From the IMG/VR virus record IMGVR_UViG_3300046170_000378, positions 1-64,000 of that record: a DNA stretch of 64,000 nucleotides; one strand, written 5' to 3'. Every line of letters starts with the position of its first letter. Position 1 is the stretch's first letter. This document shows positions 21,863 to 34,800 of this stretch, piece by piece. A model generated the notes under the pieces. It made no database searches. It was not told where the DNA came from and saw only the letters and a program-made list of their open reading frames with translations. Position numbers and translations under genes: made by a program.

Positions 21863-21891
21863 TAAAAGAATATCCTAATATTTTTATAAAT

Positions 21892-21927
21892 AAGGCCTGA
21901 ATTTAACAAAATTCGGGCCTTCTTTTT
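21892..21927 (+). terminator. Intrinsic terminator
   Basis: AAGGCCTGAAT...ATTCGGGCCTT followed by CTTTTT. Confidence 0.7.
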
Positions 21928-21989
21928 GATATATAATAATACAAGGAGGCAATAATGCTTCTTTAGGCCTAAATAAACAAACATATAAC

Positions 21990-23140
21990 ATGGCAAGATT
22001 AAAAGTAAAACAAATTAGCGACATTCAGACTTATGTACAAGGATTGATTGACAACGATAGCGATCAGAACGCAACGTTGATTTCAAACAATGCTTCTAGC
22101 ATTTCTGCTGTTTCTACTGCTTTAGTAAACGAAGCAACTTCTACTGGTAATGAAATTGATGCTTTAGAAGCTTCAGTTGATTCATTAGAGTTGATTGCTG
22201 GTGGTTCTGTAACTGCTGACTTAGCTGCTTCTGTTGATTCATTAGAGGATATTGATGCTGGATTAGCATCAGATATTGCTACTAACGAAGGCAACATTTC
22301 AACTAATGCTGGTAACATCGTTAAGGTTTCACAAGCACTTAGTGTAAATGACGCTGACAACGTGGCACTTACTGCTTCAGTTGACTCATTAGAGTTATTA
22401 GCTGGTGGTTCTATCATCGCTAACTTAGCTGCTTCTGTTTCAGATAACGACACGAGAGTGGATGCTATCTTAGAATTAGCTGATGGTGAATTAGATTCAT
22501 TTGTTGAAGTTATTGCATACGTTAACTCTGTAGACGCCGTAGGTGACTTAGACTTAACTAACGCATTAGCTGTAGTTAACGCTTCAATTGACTCTTTAGA
22601 GGAGCGTTGATACTGCGCTTTCAACTGCATTAGAACAATGAGATTAACACTACAAACGGTGAGATCAAAGCTCTTCAAGATGCAGTTAGCTCGTTAGATA
22701 CTTTCGAAGATGAAGCTATCGCTTCTATTGACTCATTAGAGTTATTAGCTGGTGGTTCTACTATTGCAGATTTACAGTCTGATTTAGATGCTGTATCTGA
22801 TGCATTAAGTACTGAGATTTCAACTACTAATGATGAGGTTTCTGATCTTCAAGATTCAGTTGATGCACTTGAAGCTGCTGACGTAATGCTACATCAAGAA
22901 GGTACTGTTACCGCTATTGATACATTTAGCTTAGTTGCTCCAGTTAGATTTGGTATAAGTGACGATATTCACGTACACGTGAATGGTCATACTATCAAGC
23001 CTGTATCACTGGTTGACGGTGAAGCTGCACCTAATGATCACGGTTGGATTTCTGCTGACGGTAGAACGTTTAACTTCGTTGGAATCGGTTACGATATTGA
23101 TGCTGAAGACGTAGTTTACGTACAAGCTATCAAAGCGTAA
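21990..23140 (+). CDS. Acidic coiled-coil repeat structural (fibre/whisker-like) protein (two +1 insertions near 22605-22635)
   Basis: Repeated ASVDSLE(L/D)LAGGS units and heptad pattern. N-terminus MARLKVKQI resembles MQLRIKQI of the gene at 26814. Confidence 0.6.
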
Positions 23141-23181
23141 TCATAGTCGATTAACGAATGTCTAATTTGTAGGCAAATTTT

Positions 23182-23212
23182 AAGGGCCTCAGGAAACTGA
23201 GGCCCTTTTTTT
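23182..23212 (+). terminator. Intrinsic terminator
   Basis: AAGGGCCTCAG-GAAA-CTGAGGCCCTT followed by a T run. Confidence 0.85.
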
Positions 23213-23251
23213 ATGAGATATATAATCTAAGTTAAATAAATTAATTTTCAC

Positions 23252-24476
23252 ATGTACATAGGAATTACAATAGGCCTTCAGACAGAAAACGAATCTATCT
23301 GGATTAATGGTATTAAAATGAATGCTATATTTTTGATGAACGCACTACAAGTAGCAGGGACACAAGGTAGTATTATTAGATACTCAAACCACCATAGATG
23401 AAAAGGATCTTGATGAAAAAACAGTTTGGGATACTAAAAAATTCCCAATAAAAAAATATATTAGAGAGGCTAACAACACAGACCTCCTAATAATGTTAGG
23501 TACTTCATTGCAAGATTCTACATTAGAGCACTATAAGAAATCTGGACCCAACAAACGCATCATTAAGTATGCATGTGGTAATAACTATGTAATAGATATG
23601 GAGAGATGTATCTTTCCAAAAGAAGGCTCGGAAGACAGTAAGACATATTATCAAAAACTTATTGATGAAGTGTGGTATGTACCTCAACAAGGAATTCATA
23701 ACCACCACTACTATATGTCACTCCATAATTTAGAAGAAGACAAAGTAAAGCCAGTGCCCTTTATATGGGACCCTCTTTTTTTAGATGAAGAATGTGAGAA
23801 TTATATGACTAGACTAAAAGACAACGAAAAAACAGGAGGTTCCCCAGTATATCAAACAGGTAAGCTAGCAGAAAATATAAAATTGTCAGTTTATGAACCT
23901 AATATGAACGTTGTTAAATTTAGTATGATTCCTACTTTAATAGCAAACGAATATCATAAATCAGGTGGCAAATTTGCAGAATTAAATATTATTAGCAGCA
24001 CACGCTTGGCTAAAAACAAATACTGGAAAAGTATAGTATCTTCTTTAGAAATGTGGAAAGCAGAAAGGCCACATGTTAAACTAATGGGAAGATATAATGT
24101 TATTGACATTTTAGCACAAAAAACAGATATTGTTATTTCACATCAATGGGATAATCCTTTAAACTATGCATATTTAGATGCAATGTATTTACAGTTTCCT
24201 GTAATACACAACGCACCTATGATACAGGATGCTGGTTATTATTATGAAGGTTTTAATATACAAGAAGGCACTAAACTACTAAAAGAAGTTATCGAAACCC
24301 ACGATGAAAATCATGAAGCATATGTAGAAAGGTGTGAAGAAGTACTAACAAGATACACCATATACAACGAAGGCCTAATAGAAACATATAATAAATTATT
24401 AGATAATCTAGTAGACGGTAAAAATACACATGGATTATCATATGAATATGATTGGAAAACAAACCTTTATAAGTAA
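23252..24476 (+). CDS. DUF2827-like putative glycosyltransferase (frameshift near 23358)
   Basis: MYIGITIG...ESIWINGIKMN, DIVISHQWDNPLNYAYLDAMY..FPVIHNAPMI..AGYYY. Confidence 0.7.
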
Positions 24477-24478
24477 GT

Positions 24479-25955
24479 ATGAAATACGTTATATCAATGA
24501 CGTCTGTTCCTAGCAGATTTAAAGACACATTACCTCAAGTAATTTCTATGATCAAAGAGAATCTACAAGGTACTCAAATAATTTTATCACTGCCTAAAAC
24601 ATATAGAAAGGGCTGGGAATGGGACATAAAAGACATAGAACATTTATCTGGAGTTACAGTTAATATATTAGATGAAGATTATGGACCAGCTACTAAATTA
24701 TTAGGTGGTATTAAATACGTCAAAGAAAATAAATTAAACATAGATGGTATTATTACATTAGATGATGATATTTTATTTGACAACATAAACGAGGTTGTAT
24801 CTGATTTATTAGAATCGACAATAGAACACAAGGATGAAATTATTACATCAAGCGGATTATTAGTTTGTAATCCACCGTTTAGAATCGGTAATGGAATAAA
24901 AATAGCCATAAATGAATATTCACACTCGGTCGCTGGCTATATGGGTGTTTTTTATCCTAGTAAATTCTGGGACTCATCTTTACCATTTACGGTGCTAGAG
25001 GATTTAAGCGAAGGTTTTTATTCGGATGATGATGCATATTTTGGAGCGGTAGCTCACATAGCTGGAATAAAGATATGGTCAAAATCTAAATCTAAATATA
25101 AATTTAGTGCTATAGATGACATTTCGGTGGTGAGTTTGAGTCAAGAAGGTAATAGACACGAAAGAGAGTCATTGTTGTATAAAGAACTTATTGAAAAGAA
25201 ATTTATAGACACGTCTAATATATCTGATAAAGAAAATAAAGTATGTGCAGTGTTAACATCATGTGGTAGATTAGATCTTCTTAAGGACACATTAAATAGT
25301 TTTATTTTAAACAACACATATTATATAGAAAAGTTTATTATTATTGAAGATTCAGGTGATAAAGAAATTGGCGAGGAATTAATCAAACTTAATAAAGAAA
25401 AATATAAATCAATGTTTACTATTGTTTTAAACGAAAAACAAATAGGCCAAACTGCATCTATAGATAAAGCATATGACATGATCAAAGACGAATGCGATTA
25501 CATATTTCACTGCGAAAACGATTGGCTTTTTTATAAACGAGGTTTTATTGAAGATTCTATCAAAGTATTAGAAACTCAGCCTAAAGTTTTACAAGCATGG
25601 ATTAGACCTAAAAATGACGGCATACTTAATAAAATAGAAGATAAGGTGTTTATGCTTCCAAGTGGAGTGGCTGTTAGAAGGGTTTTGCCAGGTTAATTAT
25701 TCTACTGGTCAAATAAATGAAGATGGAACACCTAGAATAGTACATAATTATATGGGATTTAGTTTTAATCCTGGACTAAAACGAGTTTCTGATTATAAAT
25801 TGATAGGCAATTATAAATCAAAAAACGAAGAGCATTTGGTTGATGCATTTTACAGAGATAATGGATACATGGTAGTAAGCTTATCTACTAATGATCAAGA
25901 AGGTTACGTTAGACATAACGGATGGGATAATAGAACAGAAAATTATGAAGTATGA
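24479..25955 (+). CDS. Two-domain GT-A glycosyltransferase (frameshift near 25688)
   Basis: Domain 1: SMTSVPSRF, DYGPATKLLG, DDDI, DDDAYFG. Domain 2: TSCGRLDLL..TLNSF, IIEDSG, FHCENDW. Confidence 0.75.
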
Positions 25956-26736
25956 TATAAGTTGGATAATGCAAAGTTATTTGGGTGAATATCCAGGTTC
26001 TAGAGCAGATTCAGATAAAAAGTTTATTAGAGCTGTGCGTTCATTTCTTGCAATGAAAAATCCAAAAACTCAGCTTGTAATAGCTAGTGATGGTTGTGAA
26101 ATCACACATGAATTATATTATAAGCATTTTAAAAAACACGATAATATAGCATACGTCTTTGTAGATAAATCTACCCAAAATATGTATGAAAAAATAGAAG
26201 GTCAAACAGAAACCACTAAATTTTATAGAGGTATTCCTAGAGAAGCTGGAAGATCCATAGCAGAAGGTTATCTAATAGCATATATGGATAGTGATGATTT
26301 TTTAATGCCAAACGCAGCCCAAATAATATGCACATATTGGAATGCTAATGTTAAAAATAAACCAGATGCTGACTATAAGTGGACATTTATACAAAATTGG
26401 ATAGAGAACATAGCATTCGAAAATAAAAACAACACATCACAAGATGAGAAGTTTCTTGTAATGCCTACTGGTGATTCATTTAAAATTAAAGGTTTAAAAA
26501 GTAAATGGCAGAAATTTAAAATGAGAAGTGAAGGTAATGTGCTTTCTTCTACTTGGGCCAGTGTACACAGACATGATTGTAATTCTAAATGGAAAGATCA
26601 TGTTTCAGATCCTAAAACCGGTGGAGTTTCAGAGGACACTATATTTTGGAGAAGCATTAGAAAAGAAGGAAAGGGTTTTTTAACACCCGACGGTTTTTAT
26701 GTAAGGTGTCACTATAACGGCATATGGGATTATTAA
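25945..26736 (+). CDS. GT2-like glycosyltransferase
   Basis: LVIASDGC, IAYMDSDDF (DxD), SEDTIF. Confidence 0.75.
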   Translation: MKYDISWIMQSYLGEYPGSRADSDKKFIRAVRSFLAMKNPKTQLVIASDGCEITHELYYKHFKKHDNIAYVFVDKSTQNMYEKIEGQTETTKFYRGIPREAGRSIAEGYLIAYMDSDDFLMPNAAQIICTYWNANVKNKPDADYKWTFIQNWIENIAFENKNNTSQDEKFLVMPTGDSFKIKGLKSKWQKFKMRSEGNVLSSTWASVHRHDCNSKWKDHVSDPKTGGVSEDTIFWRSIRKEGKGFLTPDGFYVRCHYNGIWDY

Positions 26737-26813
26737 AAATATATTATCGAATTGAGCCTTGGCAGAATAAAAGAAAAGATATATACATTAACGCGAAAAA
26801 ATTAAAATAGAGC

Positions 26814-29800
26814 ATGCAACTAAGAATTAAGCAAATTTTAGATTTAATCAGTAGTAATCCCAGTAACGGCGATTACTTTTCATACAACTCTAATACTGGA
26901 CAATATGAAAATACTGCGGCTCCACTTGATGGGACCTCTGTAAAATATGCGACAACGTTTAATGGTCCACATGGAACGGATGAAAGTCGTGGTCCTGGTG
27001 AAGACTTGGGTAGTTTAACTGTAGAAGAAGGTTTATCATATATTGGAGGTGAACTTATTACAATTGTACCAGTCGTTAACCCTGAAAATATTCAAGTAGC
27101 AAGAGTAACCAGCTATAGCGGTACAACTTTGACAATTGAACATATCTCACACACAGGAACTCAATCGTATTCTGGTAGTGAAGATTGGAATATTAATTTA
27201 ACGGGTTTAAGTGGCACGTCTGGCACATCAGTAAAATATGCTACAGTATTTGACGCTCCTCATGGAACAGCTGAAAGCCGTGGTCCTAGTGAAGACTTAG
27301 GTTCTTTAACAATAGAAACAGGCTTATCATATATCGGCGGTGAATATATTACTATTTCACCAGTTGTTAGCCCTGAAAATATTCAAGTAGCAAGAGTAAC
27401 TAGTTACAATGCGACTACTGGTGTTATAACATTTGAACACATATCACACACAGGAACTCAATCATATTCAGGTAGTGAAGATTGGAATCTTAATCTAAGT
27501 GGTGAAAACGGTTCTTCGGGAACTTCTGGAACTTCAGGAACTGATGGCTCTTCAGGAACTGACGGAACTTCAGGAACTGATGGCTCTTCTGGTACAAATG
27601 GTACAGATGGATCAAGCGGTTCTTCAGGTACAAATGGTACAAATGGTTCTTCAGGTGTTGATGGTTCTTCAGGTACTGATGGTACTTCTGGTACAAACGG
27701 TACTGATGGATCAAGCGGTTCTTCTGGAACAAACGGTACAGATGGTTCTTCAGGAACTGATGGCACAAATGGTTCTTCTGGAACTAATGGTACTGATGGA
27801 TCAAGCGGTTCTTCAGGTATTGATGGTAGTCCAGGTTGGGGTATTCAAATGCAAGGCCAAGTTGCAACAGAAGATGATTTACCTGCTGACGATGATTCAA
27901 CACGCTTAGAAGATGGTTATGCTTATATAGTACAATCAGACGATTCTATATGGGTTTGGACTCAAGAAGATGGCTGGATTTCTGGTGGTTCTATTCAAGG
28001 GCCTTCGGGTTCTTCAGGTACTGACGGTACTAATGGAACTTCAGGTACAGATGGTTCTTCTGGCACAAATGGCACAAATGGTTCTTCTGGAACTAACGGA
28101 ACTTCTGGAACTAACGGAACTTCTGGAACTAATGGTACTGATGGATCAAGCGGTTCTTCTGGAACTGATGGAACTTCTGGTACAAATGGCTCTTCAGGTA
28201 CTGATGGCTCTTCTGGAACTGACGGAACAAATGGCTCTTCAGGTACTGATGGCTCTTCAGGTACTGATGGAACTTCAGGAACTGATGGAACTTCAGGTAC
28301 AAATGGTACAGATGGTTCGAGCGGTTCTTCTGGAACTGATGGAACTTCAGGAACAAATGGCTCTTCTGGTACTAATGGAACAAATGGATCAAGTGGTTCT
28401 TCTGGAACTGACGGAACTTCAGGTTCTAATGGATCAAGTGGTTCTTCAGGGTCGAGCGGTGTAAGTGCACAGCAATGTGACGGTTATTCAAGAATAACTT
28501 CAGGTAATTTATTAAGTCCTAATCCATTAGCAGAAGGAAATATTCAACTACTACAAAGCTATAGCGTACATACTACAACAGCAGCTAATGTTGGTTATAT
28601 AAGAATTGGAGAAAATACTCCAGGAACAATTTCGACCATTGCAGGCGGAGAACGTTTTATAAAAATAGAAAACATAGGAGATCCTACTGCATATACTTTA
28701 TTTAATATAAGTAACTACAACGGTGCCTACAAAATATGGTATATTAGTAACGCATTACAATATGGTGGCGGTGCAGACTTAAGTCAAGATGAATTTTGTG
28801 TTTCATCACATACACAATATCTACCGGTAGTAGACGAAGATGGTAGTGCTCCAAGCGAAAGAGGCGTTCCTAATACAAATCTTACATTTCTTTGGGACAA
28901 CGTAAGCGCAACTAGTATATCTTCTGGTGACATAAACATTGATGTAAATTTACAAAATGCAGTCGTAGGAGATCTATATCAATTTAATATTTCGGCTACT
29001 AACTCAAAGGGTACATCAGTGGCCACTGAATTACAGGCAATCAACAGTGTTAATAACACAATGGGTTCTGGATTCTTAACAATATATGATCAAAATTCGG
29101 ACAGTACAGCAACATTTATTGTTCCTTCTAGTCATTCGCAGACTTCAGCTGGATTAAACTTTAGAGATGCAGAGCTTGTTCAAATAAAAGGTCTTTGGGA
29201 AACTACAAAGGGCTTAGATTCTAATGGAAACGAAATATCTATAGATACTGAAGTATTGCTAGGATATGAGTTATTTGGAAACGATGGAACAAGCGGTACT
29301 AATGGTACTAATGGATCAAGCGGATCAAGTGGTTCTTCAGGTTCAAACGGTACAGATGGATCAAGCGGATCTTCAGGTTCGAATGGTTCGAGTGGAACGA
29401 GTGGATCTTCGGGTTCAAGTGGATCTTCAGGAACTGATGGAACTTCAGGAACTGATGGATCAAGCGGATCTTCAGGAACTGACGGAACTTCAGGAACTGA
29501 CGGAACTTCAGGAACAAATGGAACTTCAGGAACTGATGGATCAAGTGGATCTTCGGGTTCAAGTGGATCTTCGGGTTCAAGTGGATCAAGTGGATCTTCG
29601 GGATACGACGTTCCAACAGGTGCAACAGTCGGTGACTTACCAAATGGAGAATACGAAGGACAGATTGGTTTTACTGGAGAAGGTTTAGTTTACATTTGGA
29701 AAGGCGGAGCATGGTCTCCATATTTAGACATGAACGGAACTAGTGGAACAACTGGAACTTCAGGTTCTGATGGATCAAGCGGTTCTTCAGGAACTGATGG

Positions 29801-31802
29801 ATCAAGTGGCTCTTCAGGTTCGAGTGGTAGAAGTGGTACTTCAGGAACTGATGGATCAAGCGGATCTTCAGGAACTGATGGATCAAGCGGATCTTCAGGT
29901 TCAAATGGTTCAAGTGGATCAAGCGGTGTAGACGGCGACAGAGGTGGAAAAGGAATTGAATCATCTAACAATGACGACCCGAATGATGCTGGTATTGTAG
30001 GAGATTACGAAGGAGTGTTATACTATTCTGCTATTGGAACAGTTTGGGTATGGGACAAAGCATCAAACATATGGAAATTTGTAGGAAGCATAAGCGGTTC
30101 TTCAGGAACTAATGGAACAAATGGTTCTTCAGGAACTGATGGTTCTTCAGGAACAAATGGTACAAATGGTTCTTCAGGAACTGATGGTTCTTCAGGAACA
30201 AATGGTACAAATGGATCGAGTGGTTCTTCGGGAACTGATGGCTCTTCAGGAACTGATGGCTCTTCAGGAACTAATGGAACAAATGGCTCTTCAGGAACTG
30301 ATGGCTCTTCAGGAACTGATGGAACAAATGGATCAAGTGGTTCTTCAGGAACTGATGGATCTTCAGGTACTAATGGATCGAGTGGTTCTTCAGGAACTGA
30401 TGGCTCTTCAGGTACAAGTGGTTCTAATGGATCTTCAGGATCGAGTGGTTCTAATGGATCTTCAGGGTCGAGTGGTACTAATGGTACTGATGGATCGAGT
30501 GGTTCTTCGGGTTACCAAGGTGCTTTAACAGGTGAAGAGAGTAATCCAAACAACAATTATACTGGCTCTTTTGCTGGACAGTTATACTTTGCATTTGATG
30601 GAACAGTTTGGTTCTGGGACGGTGCGAGTTGGAAAATAATTAACGATTTAAATGGAACTTCAGGTACTAATGGTACTAATGGATCAAGCGGTTCTTCAGG
30701 GTCAGATGGCTCTTCTGGTTCTAGTGGATCGAGCGGATCTTCAGGAACTAATGGAACTTCAGGAACTAATGGAACTAATGGTTCAAGCGGTTCTTCTGGA
30801 ACTGATGGATCAAGTGGATCAAGTGGATCTTCTGGATCTAGCGGAAAAAACGGAACTAATGGAACTTCAGGTTACCAAGGTGCGCTATCAGGTGAAGAAA
30901 ACGATCCAAATGGCACATACACTGGCTCTTTTGTAAATCAGTTATACTTTGCATTTAATGGATCAGTTTGGTTCTGGGACGGTGTGAGTTGGAAACAAGT
31001 TACTGATTTAAATGGTTCTTCTGGAACTGATGGAACTTCAGGTTCTAATGGATCAAGCGGTACTAATGGTACTAACGGTTCAAGTGGTTCAAGTGGTTCT
31101 TCAGGAACAACTACTATTGACTACAACGTAAAAGATAGAATCTTAGTATCTACTGGAAATTCTACAATAGAAGCTGAAGAAGCTCTAACATATCACAGAG
31201 AACAGAGTATTTTACACACAGCAACAAATAGAAATATCTTTGGTATTGCTGAAGAACATACAATATATGCTGGTGGTTTCGGTATAGGTAACGGTTTAGA
31301 TAAAATGGTTACTGATTATGGCCTAACTGAATGGTATAGATTTGTACCTACTGCTGAAAGATCAGAATATGGAGGAAAATCTCACTTCTCAATAGGAACA
31401 GGTTCTATGTTGGACGAAAGAGATATGTCAGCCCCACAAAATGTTATATGGGACGCATCTTGGCCAAATGGATTTGGTATACAAAAATCTACTAGAAAGC
31501 TCAAGCATGATATTATTGATTTAGATTTTAATGCTGATGAATTCTTTAAACACATGAGACCAGTTTCTTTCAAATGGAACGGAACCGATAGATTAGATTC
31601 AGGTTTTATTGCAGAAGAAGTTGCAGAATTTGATTCTAGATTGGTAGCATGGATGCCAAGTAAAGACGAAGAAAGTGGAGAAGACATTATGGAAGTATCT
31701 TCTGTAAACTATGACAAGATAACTGCATACTTAGTGAAAGTTGTTGGAGATCTTAGAGAAGAAGTTAAGTCTTTAAAAGATGAAATTAAGAAACTTAAAT
31801 AA
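26814..31802 (+). CDS. Tail fibre with Ser/Thr-rich Gly-X-Y repeats and a C-terminal peptidase S74 intramolecular chaperone
   Basis: Long (GTSGTDGSS)n runs; duplicated ~100-aa N-terminal domain; STRKLKHDI...RPVSFKWN...GFIAEEV...VNYDKI plus a terminal coiled coil. Confidence 0.8.
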   Translation: MQLRIKQILDLISSNPSNGDYFSYNSNTGQYENTAAPLDGTSVKYATTFNGPHGTDESRGPGEDLGSLTVEEGLSYIGGELITIVPVVNPENIQVARVTSYSGTTLTIEHISHTGTQSYSGSEDWNINLTGLSGTSGTSVKYATVFDAPHGTAESRGPSEDLGSLTIETGLSYIGGEYITISPVVSPENIQVARVTSYNATTGVITFEHISHTGTQSYSGSEDWNLNLSGENGSSGTSGTSGTDGSSGTDGTSGTDGSSGTNGTDGSSGSSGTNGTNGSSGVDGSSGTDGTSGTNGTDGSSGSSGTNGTDGSSGTDGTNGSSGTNGTDGSSGSSGIDGSPGWGIQMQGQVATEDDLPADDDSTRLEDGYAYIVQSDDSIWVWTQEDGWISGGSIQGPSGSSGTDGTNGTSGTDGSSGTNGTNGSSGTNGTSGTNGTSGTNGTDGSSGSSGTDGTSGTNGSSGTDGSSGTDGTNGSSGTDGSSGTDGTSGTDGTSGTNGTDGSSGSSGTDGTSGTNGSSGTNGTNGSSGSSGTDGTSGSNGSSGSSGSSGVSAQQCDGYSRITSGNLLSPNPLAEGNIQLLQSYSVHTTTAANVGYIRIGENTPGTISTIAGGERFIKIENIGDPTAYTLFNISNYNGAYKIWYISNALQYGGGADLSQDEFCVSSHTQYLPVVDEDGSAPSERGVPNTNLTFLWDNVSATSISSGDINIDVNLQNAVVGDLYQFNISATNSKGTSVATELQAINSVNNTMGSGFLTIYDQNSDSTATFIVPSSHSQTSAGLNFRDAELVQIKGLWETTKGLDSNGNEISIDTEVLLGYELFGNDGTSGTNGTNGSSGSSGSSGSNGTDGSSGSSGSNGSSGTSGSSGSSGSSGTDGTSGTDGSSGSSGTDGTSGTDGTSGTNGTSGTDGSSGSSGSSGSSGSSGSSGSSGYDVPTGATVGDLPNGEYEGQIGFTGEGLVYIWKGGAWSPYLDMNGTSGTTGTSGSDGSSGSSGTDGSSGSSGSSGRSGTSGTDGSSGSSGTDGSSGSSGSNGSSGSSGVDGDRGGKGIESSNNDDPNDAGIVGDYEGVLYYSAIGTVWVWDKASNIWKFVGSISGSSGTNGTNGSSGTDGSSGTNGTNGSSGTDGSSGTNGTNGSSGSSGTDGSSGTDGSSGTNGTNGSSGTDGSSGTDGTNGSSGSSGTDGSSGTNGSSGSSGTDGSSGTSGSNGSSGSSGSNGSSGSSGTNGTDGSSGSSGYQGALTGEESNPNNNYTGSFAGQLYFAFDGTVWFWDGASWKIINDLNGTSGTNGTNGSSGSSGSDGSSGSSGSSGSSGTNGTSGTNGTNGSSGSSGTDGSSGSSGSSGSSGKNGTNGTSGYQGALSGEENDPNGTYTGSFVNQLYFAFNGSVWFWDGVSWKQVTDLNGSSGTDGTSGSNGSSGTNGTNGSSGSSGSSGTTTIDYNVKDRILVSTGNSTIEAEEALTYHREQSILHTATNRNIFGIAEEHTIYAGGFGIGNGLDKMVTDYGLTEWYRFVPTAERSEYGGKSHFSIGTGSMLDERDMSAPQNVIWDASWPNGFGIQKSTRKLKHDIIDLDFNADEFFKHMRPVSFKWNGTDRLDSGFIAEEVAEFDSRLVAWMPSKDEESGEDIMEVSSVNYDKITAYLVKVVGDLREEVKSLKDEIKKLK

Positions 31803-31828
31803 TTATATAAAAAAAAGTAACTAGTAAA

Positions 31829-34800
31829 ATGCCTAGAAGATCACTAAAAAGTATTGCCAATATGGTTGCAGCTATGAAGTTTGGCAGAAATGCAACAAAT
31901 ATAGCTAACGCAAAAAACGCAAAAATAGGTTTAAATAATCCTGGTTTTAAAGATGCGCATAAACCAAGTGCTTATTCTGCTTCGCAAGAATACACTGATT
32001 TATACACACTTGGCCCAATAATAGACGACATCTTAGATGCAATTCATGCTCTTGAAGATGAATCTGCCGGAATAGGTGAGTATTTACATGATCACTTTGG
32101 ATCCGAAGAAGATAAGATTCAAATACCTGCAGATTTAAGAGTAGAAATAGGAGGCGCTTTTGTTCAAGCTCTATATGAAAACTCAGACAATATAATTATA
32201 GGTGCAGACGTCTTTTTGCCTAATTCAGGTATAGTTAATTTTCAAATAACTGGAAATAATACATTACAAGTAGGTGGAGTACCAATCATTAACGCAAGTG
32301 GAGAATGGATTGGACCTTCTACGGGACTTAAGGGCCAGAAAGGTCAGAGAGGTGTAGCTGGAACTTCAGGAACTGATGGTACATCAGGATCTTCAGGTTC
32401 AAGTGGATCTTCGGGTACTGACGGATCTTCAGGTACTAATGGAACAAATGGATCTTCAGGTACTGACGGATCTTCAGGTACTAATGGAACTAGTGGTGTT
32501 GACGGAGCTAAAGGTCAAAAAGGACAGACAGGCCAAAAAGGACAAAAGGGTCAAACCGGTGCGGCAGGAACTAGTGGTACTAATGGAACCGATGGAACTA
32601 GCGGAATTAAAGGCCAAAAGGGTCAAAAAGGACAAACAGGTTCAACAGGTGCCAAGGGTAACACAGGTAACTTCGGTGGAGCTAGTTTTGATTACACGCA
32701 TGATTCTTCTACAAATGCAATGTCTGACCCAGGAAGAGGTAGAGTTAGAACAAACAGCAATACAATGTCGAGCGTTAGCTCATTAGCAATAGACGCTGAA
32801 GACGATTTTGGTAATGATATTAGTAATTTCTTAACTACTGTAGATGCATCAACATCTGCAGTTAAAGGTTTTGTAAGATTTGCAGAAAAGACAAATACTA
32901 CTTCATTTGTAACATATGCAATATATGATTTAATAAACAGATCAGGTTGGTGGGAATTAAGTGTCGATATGACTGCAACATCTGCACCAACTATTCCATT
33001 TGCAAACGGAGCAGACATTATAATGTCCTTTGTTGTAACTGGTAATGTGGGTGATAAAGGTCAAAAAGGAGCGTCAGGTGTTGATGGAATCTCTGGAACA
33101 TCTGGTCAAGACGGAACATCTGGAACTGATGGTACATCAGGATCTAGTGGATCAAGCGGTTCTTCTGGAACCGATGGATCTTCAGGTACTAATGGTACTA
33201 ATGGATCTTCAGGTTCATCTGGTTCAAGCGGAACTTCAGGTTCATCTGGTTCAAGCGGTACTAATGGTACTAATGGATCTTCGGGTTCTTCAGGATCTAG
33301 TGGATCTTCAGGTTCTTCAGGATCTAGTGGTTATCAAGGCGCAAAAAGTGGTGAATATGGAGATCCAAATAGTGTAAATCTACTTGGAGAATTTAACGGC
33401 CAATTATACTTTGATGGAAACGGTTTTGTTTGGACATGGATCTCAGCAGAAGGCGCTTGGATAAAGGTAAATAATTTAACTGGTCAAAAAGGACAAAAAG
33501 GGCAAACTGGAGCCCAAGGTATTAAAGGTGTTACTGGACCAAAAGGTAATGCTGGTTCTTCTGGAACCGATGGATCAAGTGGATCAAGTGGTTCTTCAGG
33601 ATCGAGCGGAAGAAATGGAACTAGTGGAGTTAACGGTGCTAAAGGACAAACTGGGGCACAAGGTGCTCAAGGTGCACAAGGACCACAGGGTGCTCAAGGT
33701 GTACAAGGTATTAAAGGTCAGAAAGGTCAAAAAGGTCAAACAGGAGCTCAAGGTCCTCAGGGACAAAAAGGTCAAACAGGTTCTCAAGGTTTTCAAGGAC
33801 ATGGTTATACAAAAGCTGCCTTAGATGGTGTAGATTTAGTATTAACACACACGTTAGATGGAGACATTAATGTCGGTAGAGTTTACGGAAATCAAGGTGC
33901 TCAAGGTGCTCAAGGTCAGAAAGGTCAGAAAGGTCAAACTGGTGGTCAAGGTGGTCAAGGTGCTCAAGGTATTAAAGGTGTTACTGGGCCGACCGGACCG
34001 CAAGGTGCTACTGGACCACAGGGTATTAAAGGTGTTACTGGGCCGACCGGACCGCAAGGTGCTACTGGACCACAGGGTATTAAAGGTGCTACTGGTGCTA
34101 AAGGTGTTACTGGACCTAAAGGAAACACCGGTGCTCAAGGACCTACCGGACCACAGGGACCTCAAGGTCATGGCGTTAAAACAGCCTACTTATCAGGCAC
34201 TGATTTAATTATAGATCATACATTAGAAGGTTTAATAAATGTCGGTAGAGTTTATGGAAATCAAGGTGCTAAAGGTCAGAAAGGACAAACCGGTGGCCAA
34301 GGTGGCCAAGGTGCACAAGGTATTAAAGGTGTTACTGGACCGACCGGACCTCAAGGGCCAACAGGTGCACAAGGTGCACAAGGTATAAAAGGTCAGAAAG
34401 GTCAGAAAGGTCAAACTGGAAATACTGGACCTAAAGGAAGTACAGGTGCTCAAGGACCACAGGGTCATGGCTATACAAGAGCCACTCTAGTTGGTGCAAA
34501 TTTAGTATTAACACATACACTAGACGGAGATCTTGATATTGGTAGAGTTTACGGAAATCAAGGTGCTCAAGGACCAACAGGTGCACAAGGTGCTCAAGGA
34601 CCAACAGGTGCTGGCGGTGCTAAGGGACAAAAAGGTCAAAAAGGACAAACCGGTGCTCAAGGTGGTGGAGGTGCTCAAGGAGCTAAAGGTGCAACTGGGC
34701 CAACCGGACCAAAGGGTGCTATTGGTGTTACAGGTGCTCAAGGTCCAACTGGAGCTAAGGGTCAAAAAGGACAAACTGGTGCTCAAGGTGGACAAGGTGC

